A stretch of 64,000 bases of DNA from an uncultured Candidatus Saccharibacteria bacterium (GTDB lineage: Bacteria > Patescibacteriota > Doudnabacteria > UBA920 > O2-02-FULL-48-8). Under the pieces are notes generated by a model. It ran no database searches and was not told where the DNA came from. It saw nothing but the letters and a program-made list of their open reading frames with translations. Every line of letters starts with the position of its first letter. Position 1 is the first letter of the stretch. Made by a program: the position numbers and the translations under genes. Positions 53,704-63,485 of the stretch are shown here, in pieces. The stretch is taken from assembly GCA_964605735.1 (NCBI GenBank), contig CAZSDS010000001.1, forward strand, positions 703,157 to 767,156, in the 5' to 3' direction.

Positions 53704-56262
53704 ATGTATTTAAAACGACTAGAAATTCAGGGGTTCAAATCATTCGCACACAAAACGGTTCTTGAATTTGAGCCTGGTTTGACTGCGGTTGTCGGGCCAA
53801 ACGGTTCCGGCAAATCCAACGTAGCTGACGCTTTGCGCTGGGTCATGGGTGAGCAATCCATGAAGCTTTTGCGCGGAAAAAAATCCGAGGATGTGATTTT
53901 TGCTGGCTCTGACAAGAAAGCCAAACTTTCAATGGCTGATGTAACTCTGACTTTCGACAACAAAGACCGCAAACTTCCTTACGAGTACTCAGAGGTGGCA
54001 TTAACCAGGCGATATTTCCGCAACGGCGAATCCGAATACCTCATCAACAACCAGAAGGTCCGCTTGCTGGACGTGGTTGATGCCTTACTGCGCTCAGGAT
54101 TTGGAGCTTCAAATTACGCAGTCATTGGCCAGGGCACAATTGACCAAATGGTTTTGGCGGGACCGGCTGAAATCAAAAGCCTTGTCGAAGAGGCGGCTGG
54201 GGTCAAGCCATACTACATAAAGCGCGAAAAAACCTGGCGCAAGCTTGAACAGACAGAAGAGAATCTTCAGCGTGTTTCTGAATTGACCGCGGAAATCGAG
54301 CCTCGCTTGAGATCCTTGCGCAGACAGGCCAAACGCATGGAAGAGCGTGAAGTGGTTGCCAATGAGCTGACCGCTTTGCACCTTGAGTATTATGGCAACC
54401 AGTATTACCTTCTGGAAACCAATTTGAACGCGCTGAAAACACAGCTTGAATTGAAGGACAAGTCCATTCAAACAATGGAAGCGCAGATTAATGAATTCCA
54501 GGGCAATTTGGAAAAAGAAGAAAAACAGACAAAGACCAATTTAAGCTTTACGGAAGAGCTTGAGAAGAAGATCAGTTTCTTGGAAGCAAAAAGATATAAA
54601 GTCCAGGAAGAGCTTGCGGAAATTCGCGGCAAATTGAAAGCCCAGGTCGTGCCCGGCAAGACAGATGCGGAATCCCTGAACGTTGAAAAACTTGATTATG
54701 AGCGCCAGCTGGATGTAATGAACCAGAAGTTGAAGGAATTGGATGGGCAACTGCTCGGTGAACAAAAACAGTTTACTGATCTGAAGCATTCCGTGGATAA
54801 TTTCAACAAGAAAATTGAGGAAGCCAAGAACAGCAAGGTTGACCCAGACCAGCTTAGGCGAACCCTTGAGCAATTTGAAAATGAATTCACCCACACATTA
54901 GAGATTCTGGATTCTGAGAACTTTGCGGAGATTAGGCAAAAGTTAAGGCAATTGGTCAGTAAACTGGCTGAAACAAGAAGAAACATCACGCTGGCTGGCC
55001 CGGCCGATTTAAGCGGTTTGCTTATCTCAAAAGAAGAGACTCAGACGCGTTTACATAAACTTGAGCTTAATATTGTTGAACACAACACGCTTCGTCAGAC
55101 ATACCTGGATACAATTGAAAGCTATAACTCCAAGCTTAATCAGATCAAGAGTTTGATGAATGATGATCCGGAAAAATTCAAGTCAGAATTGTTCACCCAG
55201 GAAGAGAAACTGAATGCTTCTTTGAATGAGCTGGTCAGCCAAATAACGGATTTGCGCGAAAACCTGAACAAAGTCAGCCAGCAGGAAAAGGAGAAGAAAA
55301 CCTTCCTCATGGAAGAGGAAAAGAAATTCCGCCAGATCAGTTCAGATTTGTCTCGGCTCAAAGATGAGCACAACCAAGTTTTGGTGGACAAGGCGCGTCT
55401 GGAAACAAGGCTTGAATCTTTGAACAAGGAATCAGAGGCCGCCTTGGGGACCAGAACAGCGGAATTGCCTCAGCATAAAAAACCGGAAGTGCCGGCTGAT
55501 CTGATCAATAAAATAGACAAGCTGAAAAGACAGCTTGAATTGTCCGGTGGTATTGACGAAACTACTTTACAGGAGTATCGGGAAACAGAAGAACGCTACA
55601 ATTACCTGACTCAGCAGTCTGAGGATTTGACCAAGGCAGTTGCTGACCTCAAAACCGTCATTGAAGAATTGGATCAGATCATCAAGACTCAATTCAATGA
55701 AGCCTACAATAAAATTTCAGAAAAATTTGCGGAGTATTTCAGAATTTTGTTCAATGGCGGGCGCGCGCAAATGTCTTTGCAAAGATCAGTTGTGAAGCCG
55801 GAAGAGGGGGATGATGGTCTTGAAGAAACTGAACCTGGTGAAGGTGTTGCAGTTCCAGCCGGAGTGGACGGGGTTCGAGCAAAGAAGCCGCAAACAGAAA
55901 TTTCAGGCATTGAGATTAAGGCCACGCCGCCTGGCAAAAAACTGGCGACAATTGCGGCTTTGTCCGGCGGTGAGCGCGCTTTGACCGCTATTGCATTGCT
56001 CTGTGCGATGTTGGCATCTTACCCTTCACCATTTGTGGTTTTGGACGAAGTCGATGCTGCGCTTGATGAAGCCAATTCCATCCGCTTTGCCAAAATTCTG
56101 GGCACGCTGGCTCACCAGACGCAGTTCATCACCATTACTCACAACAGGGAAACCATGCGCCAGGCTCACACTCTGTATGGCGTGACCATGACTGATGAAG
56201 GCATTTCAAAAATCTTGTCATTGAAACTTGAGCAGGCTGAAAAAGTTGCACCACAACAGTAA
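53704..56262 (+). CDS. smc: SMC-like chromosome-segregation ATPase (short, 852 aa)
   Basis: N-terminal MYLKRLEIQGFKSF...GPNGSGKSN Walker A, long coiled coil, and C-terminal LSGGERALTAIALL...VLDEVDAALD signature and Walker B. Confidence 0.75.
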   Translation: MYLKRLEIQGFKSFAHKTVLEFEPGLTAVVGPNGSGKSNVADALRWVMGEQSMKLLRGKKSEDVIFAGSDKKAKLSMADVTLTFDNKDRKLPYEYSEVALTRRYFRNGESEYLINNQKVRLLDVVDALLRSGFGASNYAVIGQGTIDQMVLAGPAEIKSLVEEAAGVKPYYIKREKTWRKLEQTEENLQRVSELTAEIEPRLRSLRRQAKRMEEREVVANELTALHLEYYGNQYYLLETNLNALKTQLELKDKSIQTMEAQINEFQGNLEKEEKQTKTNLSFTEELEKKISFLEAKRYKVQEELAEIRGKLKAQVVPGKTDAESLNVEKLDYERQLDVMNQKLKELDGQLLGEQKQFTDLKHSVDNFNKKIEEAKNSKVDPDQLRRTLEQFENEFTHTLEILDSENFAEIRQKLRQLVSKLAETRRNITLAGPADLSGLLISKEETQTRLHKLELNIVEHNTLRQTYLDTIESYNSKLNQIKSLMNDDPEKFKSELFTQEEKLNASLNELVSQITDLRENLNKVSQQEKEKKTFLMEEEKKFRQISSDLSRLKDEHNQVLVDKARLETRLESLNKESEAALGTRTAELPQHKKPEVPADLINKIDKLKRQLELSGGIDETTLQEYRETEERYNYLTQQSEDLTKAVADLKTVIEELDQIIKTQFNEAYNKISEKFAEYFRILFNGGRAQMSLQRSVVKPEEGDDGLEETEPGEGVAVPAGVDGVRAKKPQTEISGIEIKATPPGKKLATIAALSGGERALTAIALLCAMLASYPSPFVVLDEVDAALDEANSIRFAKILGTLAHQTQFITITHNRETMRQAHTLYGVTMTDEGISKILSLKLEQAEKVAPQQ

Positions 56263-56338
56263 GCGATATTTCATTAACCGCCGATAGATCCGGCGGTTTT
56301 AAATTCGGAAAAATAAAAAGACTCTTCTGTGGGAAGAG

Positions 56339-56869
56339 TCACATTCTGCCGGACAGCCAGTCAATGAGCCGCTGGCGTTTGAAGTAGGCAGCTGCCAGGA
56401 TACACACGGCGGTTGTTGGCCAGATCCATTCGTCACTTGCTGATGCATCCTGGGCATAGTGCATGAGAATTAGGGTGATGACCACCAGGTACAGCAAGGG
56501 AAGGACTATGTTGCTGAAGCGTTTGAGTCTAGGAAAGGAATCCTCGTGCTTGAGCCATTTCATCAAGAGTGCGGCTAAGCCCAGTGCAATTCCAGTTGGT
56601 ACGGCAGACCAGAACCCGGTTGGGCCCAAGCTTAAGCCAAATCCTGCGCCAGCCGTCATGATTGCGTCGCTTGCAGGGTCAATGAATTTTTTTCCTGTGG
56701 CGCTTTCTGCTTTCAGTTTCCTGGCAACCGTTCCGTCAATCATATCCGTGAATACTGCCAGTGCCAGAAACGCAAACGCGAGCGGGCCGTTGCCTGTCCA
56801 CCTAAAATAAACAGCCAACGCCGTTAAAGGTATCCGGGATAAAGACAGCAGGTCAGGTACCCTTTGCAT
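56339..56869 (-). CDS. CDP-alcohol phosphatidyltransferase (PgsA-like)
   Basis: The DGTVARKLKAESATGKKFIDPASDAIM motif (D-G-x2-A-R...G-x3-D-x3-D). Confidence 0.75.
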   Translation of the reverse strand: MQRVPDLLSLSRIPLTALAVYFRWTGNGPLAFAFLALAVFTDMIDGTVARKLKAESATGKKFIDPASDAIMTAGAGFGLSLGPTGFWSAVPTGIALGLAALLMKWLKHEDSFPRLKRFSNIVLPLLYLVVITLILMHYAQDASASDEWIWPTTAVCILAAAYFKRQRLIDWLSGRM

Positions 56870-56943
56870 GTATTCCTCCTTGTCGTCTCAATAAGATACT
56901 TTGGAGGGGGTAATATGTCAACAACCGGACTTAAACACGCCTG

Positions 56944-56972
56944 TTGACGCTGACCCTTATTTCTGTTATTAT
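56944..56972 (+). promoter_or_regulatory. promoter TTGACG-17-TATTAT upstream of rpsP, followed by a ~140-nt structured leader
   Basis: The hexamers, then leader hairpins GGACC-ttcct-GGTCC and CATATAAGGC-acca-GCCTTATATA ahead of the rpsP start at 57117. Confidence 0.45.
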
Positions 56973-57116
56973 TTGCAGGCATTAGTGGCATAAAACCACG
57001 GCAATTATTATTAATTTCATTATTGTCCGAACGGACCTTCCTGGTCCGAAAGGGCATATAAGGCACCAGCCTTATATATTCAATAGTGATTACCGCTTAA
57101 GCGGGAATGAAATAAC

Positions 57117-57518
57117 ATGTTGACCATTCGTTTACAGAGAACTGGCACCAAGAACCGACCGACCTTCCGATTGGTTTTGGCACAGGCTCACAGGGCAGCG
57201 AGCAAGAGATTCATTGAAATCTTGGGCCATTACAATCCTCGCAACAAACAGTTCGGTTTGAAGAGCGAAGAAAGGTTGAAATACTGGCTTGGCCAAAACG
57301 TGCACCTTTCTCCGACAGTCCATAACTTGCTGGTTGAAAAGAAGTTTGTGGATGGAAAGAAAGTGAAAGCTTGGCAGCCAAAGAAGAAAGAGGCTGCAGA
57401 AGGCGAAGCAGCAGCTGAAGCTCCAAGCTCAGCTCCAGCAGCCGCACCAGCTGAAGCCCCGGCCGCTGAATCTGCTCCAGCAGCAGAAACCCCAGCCGAA
57501 CCAGCGCCGCAAGCATAG
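57117..57518 (+). CDS. rpsP: 30S ribosomal protein S16 with Ala/Pro/Glu-rich C-terminal tail
   Basis: The MLTIRLQRTGTKNRPTFRLV...ILGHYNPR bS16 core. Confidence 0.9.
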   Translation: MLTIRLQRTGTKNRPTFRLVLAQAHRAASKRFIEILGHYNPRNKQFGLKSEERLKYWLGQNVHLSPTVHNLLVEKKFVDGKKVKAWQPKKKEAAEGEAAAEAPSSAPAAAPAEAPAAESAPAAETPAEPAPQA

Positions 57519-57620
57519 AAATCAAACTCCGCCCAGGCGGAGTTTTTGTTTTCGTTCTAAAATTGACAAACGAAAGACATTTAAAGTATAATTATTCCAC
57601 GGAAATTAACTAGAATAGAC

Positions 57621-57962
57621 ATGGCAGACGAAAAAGATCAAGAGTTTGTTGAGTACATAGTTAAAAGCCTGGTTGATCATCCAGAAGACGTCAAAACTGA
57701 GCGATCAGTTGACGAAATGGGCGTACTGATCACCCTCCACCTCAACCCTGAGGACATGGGTCAGGTTATCGGAAGACAGGGTCAGACTGCAAAGTCAATT
57801 CGAACTTTGCTCCGCGTAGTAGGCGCAAAGCGCAAGTCACGCGTGAACTTGAAAATCCATGAACCAGAAGGTTCAAATCGCGGCCCACGCCGTGAATCAA
57901 GCCACAGCGAAGCTTCAACAAGCACCGCTGATCTGGGAGACATTGACGAATTCAAGTTATAA
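57621..57962 (+). CDS. KH-domain RNA-binding protein (YlqC/UPF0109-like)
   Basis: VIGRQGQTAKSIRTL GXXG-type KH motif; conserved position between rpsP and trmD. Confidence 0.75.
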   Translation: MADEKDQEFVEYIVKSLVDHPEDVKTERSVDEMGVLITLHLNPEDMGQVIGRQGQTAKSIRTLLRVVGAKRKSRVNLKIHEPEGSNRGPRRESSHSEASTSTADLGDIDEFKL

Positions 57963-57977
57963 ATTTTACTGAAACAA

Positions 57978-58008
57978 AAACCTCCGCCCAAACCGCGGAG
58001 GTTTTTTA
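57978..58008 (+). terminator. intrinsic terminator
   Basis: CCTCCGC-ccaaacc-GCGGAGG followed by TTTTTTA. Confidence 0.7.
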
Positions 58009-58070
58009 AAGCCCGCTAGAGTTTTTGCTGGGTTTTGTTAATAAGGATCACTACAAGAATAAATTATCAA

Positions 58071-58748
58071 ATGAAATTTGTAATTCTTACATTATTCCCG
58101 GAAGCATTTGAGTCTTACTTTAACGTAAGCCTGATTCAACGCGGTCTGGCAAAGAAATTTATTGACATAAAAATCGTAAATTTGCGCGACTATGCTGATG
58201 ATCCGCACAAGAAAGTGGATGACCGGCCGTACGGCGGCGGAGCTGGAATGGTGTTGCGGGTTGATATTATAGACAAAGCTTTGCGCGCACTCAGGGCCAG
58301 GAAGGGGAGCAAGGACAAATTGATTCTCCTGATGTCACCGCAAGGGAAAACTTTAAACCAAAAATTGGTCACCAAGCTGGCCAAGCACAAAACCATTTAT
58401 TTAATCTGCGGCAGGTACGAAGGCTTTGATGAACGAATCCGTAAGCTCGTAGATATGGAAGTTTCCCTAGGCGACTTTGTCCTGACTGGCGGCGAAATTC
58501 CAGCAATGGCTGTGGTAGATGCGGTTTCGAGGTTTGTTCCGGGATTTTTAGGCAAAGCAGAATCATTGCATGAGGAAAGTTTTACTTCCGGGATGCTCGA
58601 GTATCCGCAGTACACCCGCCCCGAAGTTTATAAAAAAATGCGGGTGCCCAGGGTTTTGCTCAGCGGCGACCACGGCAAGGTAAAACAGTGGCGTGAGCAG
58701 GAAGCGCTTAAGCGCACAAAAAAGCGCAGGCCTGACTTGGTTAAGTAA
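58071..58748 (+). CDS. trmD: tRNA (guanine37-N1)-methyltransferase
   Basis: MKFVILTLFPE N-terminus and the SPOUT knot region; 225 aa from the second ATG. Confidence 0.85.
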   Translation: MKFVILTLFPEAFESYFNVSLIQRGLAKKFIDIKIVNLRDYADDPHKKVDDRPYGGGAGMVLRVDIIDKALRALRARKGSKDKLILLMSPQGKTLNQKLVTKLAKHKTIYLICGRYEGFDERIRKLVDMEVSLGDFVLTGGEIPAMAVVDAVSRFVPGFLGKAESLHEESFTSGMLEYPQYTRPEVYKKMRVPRVLLSGDHGKVKQWREQEALKRTKKRRPDLVK

Positions 58749-58879
58749 ACCAAAAACCCGCTTTCGTGGGTTTGGATTCCTGGTTGACAAACCTGACCCT
58801 GCACTGAGCCACCCCCACAGGAAAGAACCTTACATAAAGAATTTTTTTATTGCTAGGTCCTGGTTGTGGATATAATAAA

Positions 58880-59812
58880 ATGCTTGAATTTATTTCCGAA
58901 TCACCAGAAAGAATAGATAAATTTTTAGCGGTCAAGAGCAATGTCTCTCGTGGCCGTGTTCAGGCTGCCATAAAATCCGGTGTTGTGAAAGTGAATGGCG
59001 AGCCAGTTAATGAGCCTGACTACAAGGTTTCAGAGGGGGATGCTGTAACACTCCCAGAATTTGAAGACGAATCTCTCAAGCCAATGGAATATGACCTGAA
59101 AGTGGTGTTTGAAAATGAAGACATAATTGTGATCGATAAGCCGCATAATCTGGTGGTGCATCCGGGAGCCGGCCACAAGCAGGATACGTTAAGCAATGCC
59201 CTCCTTGCCAAGTACCCGGAAATTGCAAATGTGGGGGATGTGGCCAGGCCGGGAATAGTGCACAGGCTGGACGAGGATACTTCCGGTTTGATCGTCGCCG
59301 CCAAGACCCAGTCGGGCTATGGCTACATGAAAAATCTGTTCATGACCAGGCAGATTGAAAAAGAATATATCACATTAGTTCATGGTATTCCGGAAAAAAT
59401 GCACGACATCATCAACGCCCCGATAGAACGAGCCTCCACCCATGTGAAAATGAAGGTTGGGTCCGGAAAAGAGGCTGTTACCGGGTACCGCATCCTGGCA
59501 ACAAATGAGCAAAATGGCGAAAATTCAGGAGTTGACAAAATGGCCCTTCTTAGGGTAAAATTGCATACGGGTCGCACCCATCAGATAAGGGTTCACATGG
59601 CGCACATAGGCCATCCAGTGGTGGGTGATCAGTTGTACGGCGGCAATTTCAAGAAAGCAGACACACAGCTGATTAACCGACAATTCCTGCACGCCGCACA
59701 ATTAAAGTTCAAACTTCCGGATGGCACACTGCTTGATTTGCAAGCACCTTTGCCGAAAGATCTGCAGGAAGTATTAAAGAAAGTAAACATTGACTATGAT
59801 GCACGCATTTAA
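58880..59812 (+). CDS. RluA-family pseudouridine synthase (RluD-like)
   Basis: N-terminal S4 domain (RIDKFLA) and the catalytic HRLDEDTSGLIVAAK motif. Confidence 0.85.
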   Translation: MLEFISESPERIDKFLAVKSNVSRGRVQAAIKSGVVKVNGEPVNEPDYKVSEGDAVTLPEFEDESLKPMEYDLKVVFENEDIIVIDKPHNLVVHPGAGHKQDTLSNALLAKYPEIANVGDVARPGIVHRLDEDTSGLIVAAKTQSGYGYMKNLFMTRQIEKEYITLVHGIPEKMHDIINAPIERASTHVKMKVGSGKEAVTGYRILATNEQNGENSGVDKMALLRVKLHTGRTHQIRVHMAHIGHPVVGDQLYGGNFKKADTQLINRQFLHAAQLKFKLPDGTLLDLQAPLPKDLQEVLKKVNIDYDARI

Positions 59813-60143
59813 ACAAGAACAGCTCAGGACCGATGTCCCTGTGCTCAAAGCCGGATATATCGTTCGAGTCCACCAGAGAATTACAGACGTTTCCCCGGAT
59901 GGAAAAGAAAAACAGCGTATCCAGATTTTTGAGGGACAGGTAATCGGAACCAAGGGCGGCAAGGGAATTAACGGCACTGTGACTGTCCGCAAGGTTACAT
60001 CTGGTGTTGGCGTAGAACGTATCTTCCCAGTACATGCTCCATCTATTGAGAAGATTGAAGTTGTGAAGTCTGCTCCGGCAAGAAAAGCCAAACTGTACTA
60101 CACAAGAGACGGAAAAGAAGCCAAAACAAGAGACGCAAAATAA
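59790..60143 (+). CDS. rplS: 50S ribosomal protein L19
   Basis: The bL19 core (KAGYIVRVHQRITDVSPDGKEKQRIQIFEGQVIG); follows trmD as is typical. The exact start among M1-M4 is uncertain. Confidence 0.85.
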   Translation: MTMMHAFKQEQLRTDVPVLKAGYIVRVHQRITDVSPDGKEKQRIQIFEGQVIGTKGGKGINGTVTVRKVTSGVGVERIFPVHAPSIEKIEVVKSAPARKAKLYYTRDGKEAKTRDAK

Positions 60144-60144
60144 T

Positions 60145-60168
60145 CCGCCATCCCGGCGGGTTTTTTGT
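60145..60168 (+). terminator. intrinsic terminator after rplS
   Basis: CCGCC-atcc-CGGCGG followed by GTTTTTTGT. Confidence 0.65.
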
Positions 60169-60187
60169 ATGAAGGAGGATAGTCGTC

Positions 60188-60382
60188 ATGTCTTGTAAGA
60201 AGGGTGACCATCTGGTTTTGGTTCGGGTAAGAGGCGGGTGGTTTACACCGAACACTGGGTGCACTTTGGAGGAGGCGCAAGCTCAATCTGATCAGATATT
60301 TGCTTCAGGTATGACGGAAAGAAACAATGCAATGGTGGTTCAAGTGGTCGAAGTGAAGGAGCGGGAGTTCGACCCCCGCTAA
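60188..60382 (+). CDS. small hypothetical protein (64 aa)
   Basis: SD AAGGAGG 9 nt before the ATG, and its own terminator GAACGCAATGATTGCGTTC-TTTTTT at 60402-60427. Confidence 0.55.
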   Translation: MSCKKGDHLVLVRVRGGWFTPNTGCTLEEAQAQSDQIFASGMTERNNAMVVQVVEVKEREFDPR

Positions 60383-60503
60383 CGGACGCTGTGCTCTGTG
60401 TGAACGCAATGATTGCGTTCTTTTTTATTGGTCGATTTGCATGGCTTTTTTATAGTTGCTACTATTCAACTGGGTGATTAGATTCCTGTGACTTAAGAAA
60501 CAA

Positions 60504-61091
60504 ATGAAAAATTTAAAACCAGAAATTCTTGGTATTTCTTTGGTAATAATAGTTACTGCAGTGGTTATTGCTTTGGTTGTAGACGAAAAACCAAACACAA
60601 GTACTCAGCAGCAGACGGAAGTAGAAAATGATCAAGAAATCTCTCAAGGAGAGGAGGAAGCTCTACCCTCCACGACAGCTCTTCTTGCTAACGGATGGAA
60701 ACTCTACAAAAATCAAGAACTGGGATTTAGTCTGGAGATGCCCCCTGATATTTCAGTCGAAAAAGAGTTAAATTCAAGGAACAATAGGCTTGTTATTTTT
60801 AAAGGAACGTCTTATGTTTTTGAAGTAAGGTTGAAAGAAGGGCAGGGTACCACATTAAATAATTATTTATACCTTGATTTTCTTCCAAGCGGTTCAGCCG
60901 CCCTGGGAGGTCAGGAAGCAAAAGTTTTTAAAGCTCCTAATGGATATTGTGATGGGCCGAGCTGTGGTGATCCGTTTGTTGTTTACTCGACTAAGCTCAA
61001 TAAAGATTTCTATAACCTAGTCTTTTACGGGGATACTGCACTAAATCAAGTTGAGGAGAAGGTTTTTTCATCTTTTAAGTTTATTCAATAA
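60504..61091 (+). CDS. membrane-anchored hypothetical protein
   Basis: N-terminal TM (ILGISLVIIVTAVVIALVV), then a soluble domain. Confidence 0.5.
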   Translation: MKNLKPEILGISLVIIVTAVVIALVVDEKPNTSTQQQTEVENDQEISQGEEEALPSTTALLANGWKLYKNQELGFSLEMPPDISVEKELNSRNNRLVIFKGTSYVFEVRLKEGQGTTLNNYLYLDFLPSGSAALGGQEAKVFKAPNGYCDGPSCGDPFVVYSTKLNKDFYNLVFYGDTALNQVEEKVFSSFKFIQ

Positions 61092-61180
61092 ACCGCTTAT
61101 GCGGTTTTTGGGAAATTTTCTTTAACATAGAATGGTTTTGGTAAGTTGCATGCGGAGTTTCTTGTTGTTAGAATTTACGC

Positions 61181-61822
61181 ATGATACGCATCGAAGAGTT
61201 GATCAATTTAAAGCCGGTAACCATAGGGCCGGAGACTTACCTGGTTGAGGCTGTTTCACTGATGACAAAAAATGGCATCAAAATAGTGCCTGTGGTTGAC
61301 CAAAGCAGTGTGCTGGTGGGGATGCTGAGGGAAAGAGACCTGATTAAGAACAGCTCCTTTATGCACTTGAGCACCTTATATAAACTGCTCCACAAATTTG
61401 ATTATTACAAGAGAGACAAAAGCCTTATAGAAAATGACCTCAAGCAAATTATGTCGCTTAAGGTTAAAGATGTAATGAGCACAAACCTGCATTCAGTCAA
61501 TGAAAAAGCGACAATTGAAGAAGCCTTGAATATTTTTTCTAAATCCGACTCTGATGTTTTGCCGGTGGTGGACAAGAAAAACAGGGTAGTGGGTGTGATT
61601 ACATTGACTGATCTTACCCGGTACTACGGCGTTTCGCTCAAATCCAGCTCCACGGACAGAGAGATTGACCGTCGGGTAGATGATTTTGTCGAGCACTTCG
61701 GCAGGCAGTTTGTGGTGGTTAGCAAATTGCACACCAAGATGTGGCTACTGTTCAGCATTCTGTTTACTTTTTTGGGGTTTTTTATAGCCACACTATTCCT
61801 GATCAGGATTACGCTTGGGTAA
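61181..61822 (+). CDS. CBS-domain pair protein with C-terminal TM anchor
   Basis: Two CBS motifs (PVVDQSSVLVGMLRERDL and PVVDKKNRVVGVITLTDL) and a terminal hydrophobic helix. Confidence 0.7.
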   Translation: MIRIEELINLKPVTIGPETYLVEAVSLMTKNGIKIVPVVDQSSVLVGMLRERDLIKNSSFMHLSTLYKLLHKFDYYKRDKSLIENDLKQIMSLKVKDVMSTNLHSVNEKATIEEALNIFSKSDSDVLPVVDKKNRVVGVITLTDLTRYYGVSLKSSSTDREIDRRVDDFVEHFGRQFVVVSKLHTKMWLLFSILFTFLGFFIATLFLIRITLG

Positions 61823-61870
61823 ATATAGTCAGCCAATAAAAAAACCGCCAAATTGCGGTTTTTTCGTTTG

Positions 61871-62074
61871 CTACATTCCTGCGTCTACTATTCTGCTTCG
61901 GTCTTCTTTAAGCTTTCCGATTTTCCGACGAAGCTCTTTAACTTCTTTGTCTACGATTTCACCGTTCTCGGCCCTTTCCTTTAAGGATTCCATTTCTTCT
62001 TGAGCTAACTCTAAGGCTTCATCATTTGATTCCATTGCCCGGAATCCGGAGCTTTCAAATCTGGCTTCTTGCAT
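61871..62074 (-). CDS. small acidic coiled-coil protein (hypothetical)
   Basis: 67-aa ORF ending at the bidirectional terminator 61841-61867. Confidence 0.35.
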   Translation of the reverse strand: MQEARFESSGFRAMESNDEALELAQEEMESLKERAENGEIVDKEVKELRRKIGKLKEDRSRIVDAGM

Positions 62075-62338
62075 GAGTTATTGTGATTAAGGTTTGAGTA
62101 TATTATAAAGGAAATTCCACGGCATACCAATAGCTCCTTGCGCCAGCCTTTTTTGCTTTTCCAGTTTGTCCAGATGGGCGTGTATCTAAATCAAATCAGC
62201 AAATTAATCTAAACGGAAAAATAACCAATGCGAGTGTCATGGTTTCTGTATGCGGGAGCGAATTGTTAATAGCCTCAAAAGACGCTAGAATATAGGTGAA
62301 ATAGTTACTTTTAGCCACAATTATCGTATATATCTTAT

Positions 62339-63469
62339 ATGGAAGATCAATTATCGCCATTGATAAAATCTAGAAAGTTCTTGACTCCACTTGGAATCCT
62401 TACTGCTTTGTTGCTAAGTTGTTGGATTATTTATTTTTTTGTCTTCGCCGCTCCAAACTCTCAAGCAGTGCAGCTTCTGACTTTCAGTAATCTCCCAACT
62501 ATTAACAATGATCAAATCGCCATAGATGGCAGGGGAATAGGGAAATTGAAAGGCGAGGGGTGGATCAAAAGCACTTTTGGCTTTAAGATCGCCTTTGCTT
62601 TAAATGGTGGCAAGGAAATTGCGCCTGGTGCATACCAAATTTCCAAGTCCATGAATGCTTGGCAGTTAGCAGGAGTGCTTTCTAAAGAGCCAAACATGAA
62701 ATGGGTTGTCATTCCGGAGGGGCTGCGGAAGGAACAGATTGCAGACCTTCTTGCCGAGGAGTTGGAATGGCCTCCAGCTGCAAGGAACACTTGGGTTAAG
62801 GTGAGCAGTGCAATGAAGTTTGATGAGTTGGAAGGGGTCTATTTTCCTGATTCTTACCTTATTCCTGTCGATAATACGCCAGCAGAAACTGCGAACAGGC
62901 TCGTATCAAATTTCCATGAAAAATTTGCACCGTATTCTCAAGAGGCACTGAATCAGAACATTCAGTGGACTACAGTTCTTAAGGTCGCTTCATTGGTACA
63001 GCGGGAGGCGGCCGGCTCTGATGATATGCCGCTCATCGCCGGCATAATCTGGAATCGCTTGGATCAGGACATGAAGCTGGAAATAGACGCTACTGTGCAG
63101 TACGCGCGTGATTCAAGGGAAGCGTATGACTACGGGAGAAATCCTTGTGAAACCGATGCCATAACTAAGCAATCCGGAATCTGTTACCAGCCCAACATCC
63201 GTCAACCATACTCCGAATACACGGGACTATCCGACTGGTGGAAGCCCATCATTCCTGAAGACAAAAACATAGATTCTCTCTATAACACTTATAAGTACAA
63301 GGGTTTGCCGCCGCACCCGATTGCAAATCCAGGTCTTGATGCAATTAAGGCTGCGTTATATCCAACCGAAACAGAATGCCTTTATTACTTGCATGATAGT
63401 GCTGGCACGATTCATTGCACGAGAAACTATGCTGAGCACCAGGAGAATATAAACAAATATCTACAGTAG
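62339..63469 (+). CDS. mltG: endolytic murein transglycosylase MltG (YceG-like)
   Basis: N-terminal TM, then a YceG domain carrying the GAYQISKSMNAWQLAGVL motif. Confidence 0.75.
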   Translation: MEDQLSPLIKSRKFLTPLGILTALLLSCWIIYFFVFAAPNSQAVQLLTFSNLPTINNDQIAIDGRGIGKLKGEGWIKSTFGFKIAFALNGGKEIAPGAYQISKSMNAWQLAGVLSKEPNMKWVVIPEGLRKEQIADLLAEELEWPPAARNTWVKVSSAMKFDELEGVYFPDSYLIPVDNTPAETANRLVSNFHEKFAPYSQEALNQNIQWTTVLKVASLVQREAAGSDDMPLIAGIIWNRLDQDMKLEIDATVQYARDSREAYDYGRNPCETDAITKQSGICYQPNIRQPYSEYTGLSDWWKPIIPEDKNIDSLYNTYKYKGLPPHPIANPGLDAIKAALYPTETECLYYLHDSAGTIHCTRNYAEHQENINKYLQ

Positions 63470-63485
63470 TATTATTCCAATAACT

